This document shows positions 57,993-64,000 of a stretch of 64,000 bases of DNA, in pieces. A program made the position numbers and the translations under genes. The DNA is taken from contig CM022679.1 in NCBI GenBank assembly GCA_012295275.1, positions 14,570,001-14,634,000 on the forward strand. Direction: 5' to 3'. Position 1 is the first letter of the stretch; the number at the start of each line of letters is the position of its first letter. This stretch comes from Chrysomallon squamiferum (taxonomy: Eukaryota > Animalia > Mollusca). The notes beneath the pieces are model-generated. The model saw only the letters and a list, made by a program, of their open reading frames with translations. It ran no database searches and had not been told where the DNA came from.

Positions 57993-60900
57993 AAACAAAA
58001 ATGTGATAAAATTATTCTTTTTAAAAATCCTAAATTACGTTATTTTTCTACGTTTGAGAACTCAAACATCGACTTAAAGCACTATAAAAATAACTGCTGG
58101 AAGACGAGCGAACAAGCACAGAATTCTAACAAACGAGCTTAAACCAATATTTGGTAGGAAATATGATAACGGACACTGTACCTTTTACAACAGAGCTGAC
58201 CTTTTCAGATATTGATCTCTTGGTGAATGCAATATTTATTTAGCGATTAAATTTGTATTTATTGACTGCTTGGATACCGTAATGATCAAAAGACGAGTTG
58301 TTCATGAACCATTTACTAAAAGAAGAAAAAAACATACAGATATATGTATGTGTATTATATAAATACAAATACTGTAAATGGAACAGGGACCGTTATCATA
58401 TTGCCTTCCGATTTGTTTTTGAATTTTTGTTGTTGTTGTTGGTGGTGGTGGTGGTGGTGGTGATGATGATGTCATTAAAAAATAACAGTTTACTGTTTGT
58501 ATTGGAAGTAATAAGAACATTTATTTATATAACACTCAACTTTCAAATACTTATTTGGAAATATGTCTGAATGAGTATACAGATGCACAAAAATCTTTTC
58601 TCTCTCTTTTTTTTAAATGAGACCCTAATTGTTTGTTTTTTTGAGTACTCTGGACGAGAAATGAATAGAAGCAAATCATGTCACTTAAAAGGTTTTGGAA
58701 AGCTCATCATTTTCAACAGCTCCATAAATGCCTTACATACCCTCTGATTGAGAAAGTTAATAAAAAAAAAAAAAAAAAAAAACACAAAAAAAACCACACA
58801 AAAAACACAAAAAAAATATAAAGACGAAAGAATTCAAATGTTAAGATGAGTCGTCATCAAACGTTTGAGTTGTAAACGAAAACTATTCGGCACTAAAAGG
58901 AATAACTCTATTCGCCGTCTTTTATGAGATGCACGATCAAAACAAATCTACGAGAATTAAACTTCGACAAGCTCTTGAAAGTCGGAGGATTGTAAGAGGT
59001 TAGATAACGGCAGAGGAGTCGATCACCGGCTGCCCGAACTCCAATCTAAAAAGTACTCAGAAGAAAAAAGACTTTCAACGTGTGTTCCATTAATAAGTCA
59101 CGTGGGAACAAGTCACAGGAATTGAACGACCACTTACCACGTAGTTTAAGTGCTTTCTTTAAATGTAACTTTTGGATTTGCCAGAGCTAGGAAGATTACA
59201 TTAAAGGAGAGAAGTGTCGTCTTCTTGGTTTTCTTAAAGTGAATCAGTCTGGTGCCAGATTCGAAGAACAAGATTACGTAGTTTGAAGAGTGTGGGAGGA
59301 CTCCGTTTATTCTTCCTCCTTGATGGCGGCGTCATTCTTCTTCTTTCTATCTTTTAACCTTTTGACAATTTTATAACGCCAAGAAGCATGATAAAAATTC
59401 TATTTTATTGTTGTTTGTGTGAGCGTATTCTCACCTGAGATACAGAAAAAGCAAATTGGTACGTACATTCACACACACACATGCATGCGAGATATGGAAT
59501 TTTCCCAATACATAAATAACAGCTTGGTGACGTAAGCTAAATTCTCAGTTACAGGTATTTTGTGTAAGTAAATCAATAAGGCATTACAGATTCTATTTCA
59601 TTTTCATCGTAATAGAAAATAAAATTAAAAAATAATAATACTTTTTTTAAAATCGAATTAAATTTAAATAAATAAAATAAAATAAGTAAATGAATAAATA
59701 AATAATAAAATAAAATAAAATAAAATAAAATAAAACCAAAATATTCCTATATCTCGCACATTTGATAGAATTTACATTGATCTTTGTCGCAGATATGTGT
59801 CTTCACTCACAGATAAATGTGTGTTATTTGTGACAACAGTTCGAGGCGAGATTTCAACACGAGATTAAAAACCTGCTTTTGGGCAGGGAGAGAGAAAAAC
59901 ACAATTATCTTTCCTTGATTAGTAACTACTGACTTCTGTTACTCGCTTCTAGCTCGAAGCGACATTTTTACGAGAATGAAGACAAGGATAAACTGACTGT
60001 AAATATTAAAGTTTGAAGGTAAAAAAAAAAAAAAAAAAAAAAAAAAATTAAAAAATGAAGAAGAAAGTACAATTTTGACAGAATTCTAGCCTCAGTGTAA
60101 ACAATTTCGCTAACCTCTGTGATAAATCCGTCTGCAGAAGTTTCTGTTCATTAAAATAAAATAAATCTTAAATAAAATTAAATAATACCACAGCTGTACC
60201 TAAAACAAACAGGATCGTTATACCGAATGTGGTGTATTTCTAAAATGTAATTTATGTCATAACTGGATATGTCTATATATGTACGTGTATTAAAGCGATC
60301 GTGTATATTAAAATTAACTATTATTACTTCTTAACTTTAATTAATTAAATAATAATAATAATAAGAAGAAGAAGAAGAAGAAGAAGAAGGTTGTGGTAGC
60401 AGCAGTAGTAGTAGCAGTTATATTTTAAACATACACTTTAACATTTCTAACACATACACACAGACAGACAGACACATGCACACCCACATGTACCAATTTC
60501 AATAAGATTATAGTTATCTGATATAAAATTATGTGTTCCTCGATCTGTAAAACACTATTCATCTGTGTTAATTTTTCTTCTTCGAATCAGTCCTTTTTAT
60601 TGACCGTCTCAAACATAGTTGTTTATTGAATAAATAATAGATGACACCTTTCAAAAAATGCCCTTTACATACATTATACAAAAAAGTGGAAACAGAGAGA
60701 GAGAGAGACAAATTAACCCTGTAATTATTCAAACTATAGCTGACCCATCTTTACAGTTGTTTTAAATTAGTTTAAAATAATTGCGAGATGCAGTTATTCT
60801 TTCTCGCAGACACGTTTATTTACTGCATTCTACAAAAACGTTTTAAGAGATAAACTTTTAAAAATAAAATACCATAAGGAAAAGAAAACAAAAGCAACCA

Positions 60901-61281
60901 GAATGAAAGAAAAAGAAAACTGTTGTTTTTACTTCTTTCCATCTAAACACATTTATAATACGATATTTAAACTTTAATGTAATTATTCTGAAAATCTAAA
61001 TTCATTTTTCAAGGCAGAAACATCTCTAAGAAATGTCTGAGTTTAAGTACTTCCAACGATGTAGTGCAAATGCATTACGCATTTCCGTTATTTATCTAAA
61101 AATGCACATTCACAAATGTTATCTCTTAATTACGCATTTCCGTTATCTAAAATGGTTGCCAGTATTACTAAAACTACTCAGAAGAAAGCTGTCGTATTTA
61201 ATATACTAAACAAAATAAATAACATTTCAAATTTATTTATTATTTCATTATTTCGAAGCCACAACAAAAGCAAAAGCTTAC

Positions 61282-61342
61282 CTGTTTCACTCAAAGCGCA
61301 CTGTTTTCGGTCTTGATTCGTGGCGTCATCATCCGCCTGCAT
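61282..61342 (-). CDS. Candidate upstream start exon (MQADDDATNQDRKQCALSET); exon 61282-61388
   Basis: Acceptor ttttcttcag| at 61388, ATG context acgATG with an in-frame TAG upstream, donor CAG|GTAAGC phase 1. In frame with both the 39648 and the 23951 acceptors. No homology recognised. Confidence 0.4.
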
Positions 61343-63626
61343 CGTGTTTGATTCCAGCGCGAGCTAGCGGTAGCTCTGATATATTATGCTGAAGAAAATT
61401 TCTTAAATAAACCTCTGCGCTTCCTTTATTCACGTGTAATACATCATATCATATGGCGTTTTTTTTTTTTTTTTTTTTCTCTTTTCTCCCCGGCTCGCGT
61501 ATCTGAATGGATTAATTAATATGACATAATTCCTGTTATTATAGGCGCGGCTTGTTGGATTTATTTCTCCTTGTTTTTTTCTTTCTTTTTCTTTCTTTCT
61601 TTTAATGAAACGAAAAAAGATGTTTATACGTATAGATTCAGTTAGTCTGATTTAGAAACGACGACGTTTCGATTCGCTTCTCAGCTGTCTGACTATTACG
61701 TTGGTAACAGTTTTGTCTTCACCACTGTCAGCCGACCAGCCGATCAGCGCATACAGCACACTACATAATGTAGCGAAATTCGGAAAGGTCTTCTAACAAG
61801 TGAATGAACAAATCAATCAATCAATGACTCTTTAATAATATTATACATATATGTAGATGCAAAACAATTCTAAAGCAAACTCAGCATTAAATTTATTCGG
61901 ATAAAAATTAATACATTTACATTTCTAGTTTAAAGAAGATGATACCTTTTTCTTTCCTTTTTTTCAAATTTTTTTGTTATAAAAATAATTATTTATTCTG
62001 CATTTGATAGTCCAAAGCAAAATCTATCTTTATGTGGTATCAGCTGATATGATCTGTGTATTTCGGTTTAGATTTTAAATTGCAAAAACATAATTTGGTT
62101 CGCGTTAACACACACACACGAAAATAAAATTACTACATGACAGATTGCAGATTGGTAAAGAAATGGAAAAACGTCATAACCAATTAGATCTGACATGTGT
62201 CTACAGAGCACTTTGGGAATAATTTACATTCACTAGGCAAATTTATATTCCACTTTATCATCTGAAAGCTGTAAAAGAGATATGCACGTGGAAATAGCTA
62301 AAAACATAAATAATTTATTGCCTAGATGATCGAGAATACCTCTATAGCGTCATTTATCTACGTTATCCGCACAACACATGAAGTATGTAAAGATATTTTA
62401 CTATATGAAGACTTATTATCTGAAAGAAATTGTCTTATCAATAGTACTGACTGGGTGGTAATTTTGAAAATAAAGAAATATTTACAGCTGTTAATGGGAA
62501 TCGTGATTTTAAATTTTCCTAATACCATTTTCAATTCTTCTGGAAGTATTTGTAGGTGTGTTGTGAACTTAATAATGCATTCACATGACGCTATGAATTG
62601 CTAAATACTAAGACCACCAAAGTATTTGTTGTTGTTATAGTCTTCTTCGTCTTCTTTTCTTCCAGTGGGTTACTCTAGATTATAGGCTTCTAACATCTGG
62701 AAGCGGAGCCAGAAATATTCCACATACGAATAACTTGGCATAAAAACGAAACAGCTTAATAATCGATGGAGCCATCCTAATGGCGTAACAAGAACCCAAA
62801 TAAAGTCATGATTGCAGCCAAATCGTAATGATTGGCCTTTCTGATATTATCATAGTGTAATTCGTCTACATTGCTGTGTTAAATTATTTTAATGTTTCTA
62901 AAATCGGGAAAATGGTTCGAATAGCGTTTCATACACAGACATCAAAACAAAATGCGTGTTTTGGCGATCATTCATTTACGCTTACATATTGTTCGCTGAC
63001 AAACATTTTTCACTGAAAACATATATAGATACAATAATGTAATTCATTTTGAATAGATCAGTCAGTTAAGTATTGTACTGAATTACTCAGACTTAGAAGA
63101 GAATGATCCAGAAGAAGAAGAAAAGAAAAATAATTCGAGGAAGAAACAACTATAAAAAGAAATCAGTTAATAGTAGGTAGACAGAATTCAGTTATGTTCC
63201 ATTATTTCTCTCAAGTATACACACGCTATCTCTCTCACTGTCTTTCTCTTTATCTCAAGTACATACACACAAACACAGAATATCATTTTTAAAATTAATT
63301 TTTTTTTAAATTATTTTATTACTCTTTTATCAGTTACGCTGACAACGATATCAGCTTCCTGTGTTCATGTGCTTCATCTCCCTGCGAGAATATCAATATA
63401 AAAAAGTTTTTCGATTTACTTTTAACGAATACCAATTTTCTTAAATCAATTTTCCAATTTTTTAATTTTTTTTAAATTTAATAAATAAATAAAACATTAA
63501 ATGATAACGATATGGAGTAGGGAAGAGGGGAGAATAAAACAGAGATAAGACCTAAAATGCAAATAAGCTCACTGCTGTCATCATTTCAAGCAATATAGAG
63601 AACACCAAATGAACACAATATTGATT

Positions 63627-63657
<31 letters not shown>

Positions 63658-64000
63658 GGCAATTCCCTTAGGACAAATGTGATCATTTTTCGTCTCTTGC
63701 GAATTCTGAATCAAGATGGTTTACAGAGCCAGGAAGATTGTGTCATGATGGACAAAAAACACGCAAAACAATTAAACCGTCTCCATACAGCGTTCTTCAG
63801 ATAAAACCTGATTTAAAAAGATTACAGCGCCCTAGACTAAACATTTTAGTAGGCAACAGATGATCAAGGTATTTTTAACAAAGTATTGAAATGGGAGAAC
63901 ACAGGATCAGATATTGTTAATATAGAATATAAATGTTCAGGGGAAATTATTAAACCAATCTCATTATATTAAAATGTTTTTCGATGATAAATGCGTTTGT

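Noticed and set aside
59138-59434. Possible minus-strand exon with acceptor tctcag| and donor GTG|GTAAGT
   Set aside because: All three frames close within 12 codons of the acceptor, so it is at best non-coding and needs transcript data.

Overview
AT-rich, microsatellite-dense animal genomic DNA. The repeat landscape suggests an invertebrate, possibly a gastropod mollusc, but that is inference. It is not prokaryotic, and almost all ORFs in the supplied track are microsatellite or low-complexity artefacts. The window is dominated by one intron-rich minus-strand gene, a paladin (PALD1) phosphatase homolog. I assembled 15 coding exons with GT-AG boundaries from ATG 39568 (MGTGISAS..., myristoylation-type N-terminus) down to 919, about 627 codons, and the gene continues past the left edge. 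Notable points: (i) a single-base frameshift inside coding exon 3; (ii) the first CX5R phosphatase motif reads SX5R; (iii) two further phase-compatible candidate start exons (61282-61342 and 26496-26607) that would give different N-termini; (iv) a ~450-bp inverted repeat pair about 17 kb apart bracketing the MG-start exon; (v) a minisatellite built from the exon 5 splice donor. Introns also contain a 709-bp non-autonomous Tigger/pogo element, SINE-like fragments and several minisatellites. I found no convincing wholly new biological system. All homology statements come from my recollection of human paladin and Tigger sequences, not from a database search.
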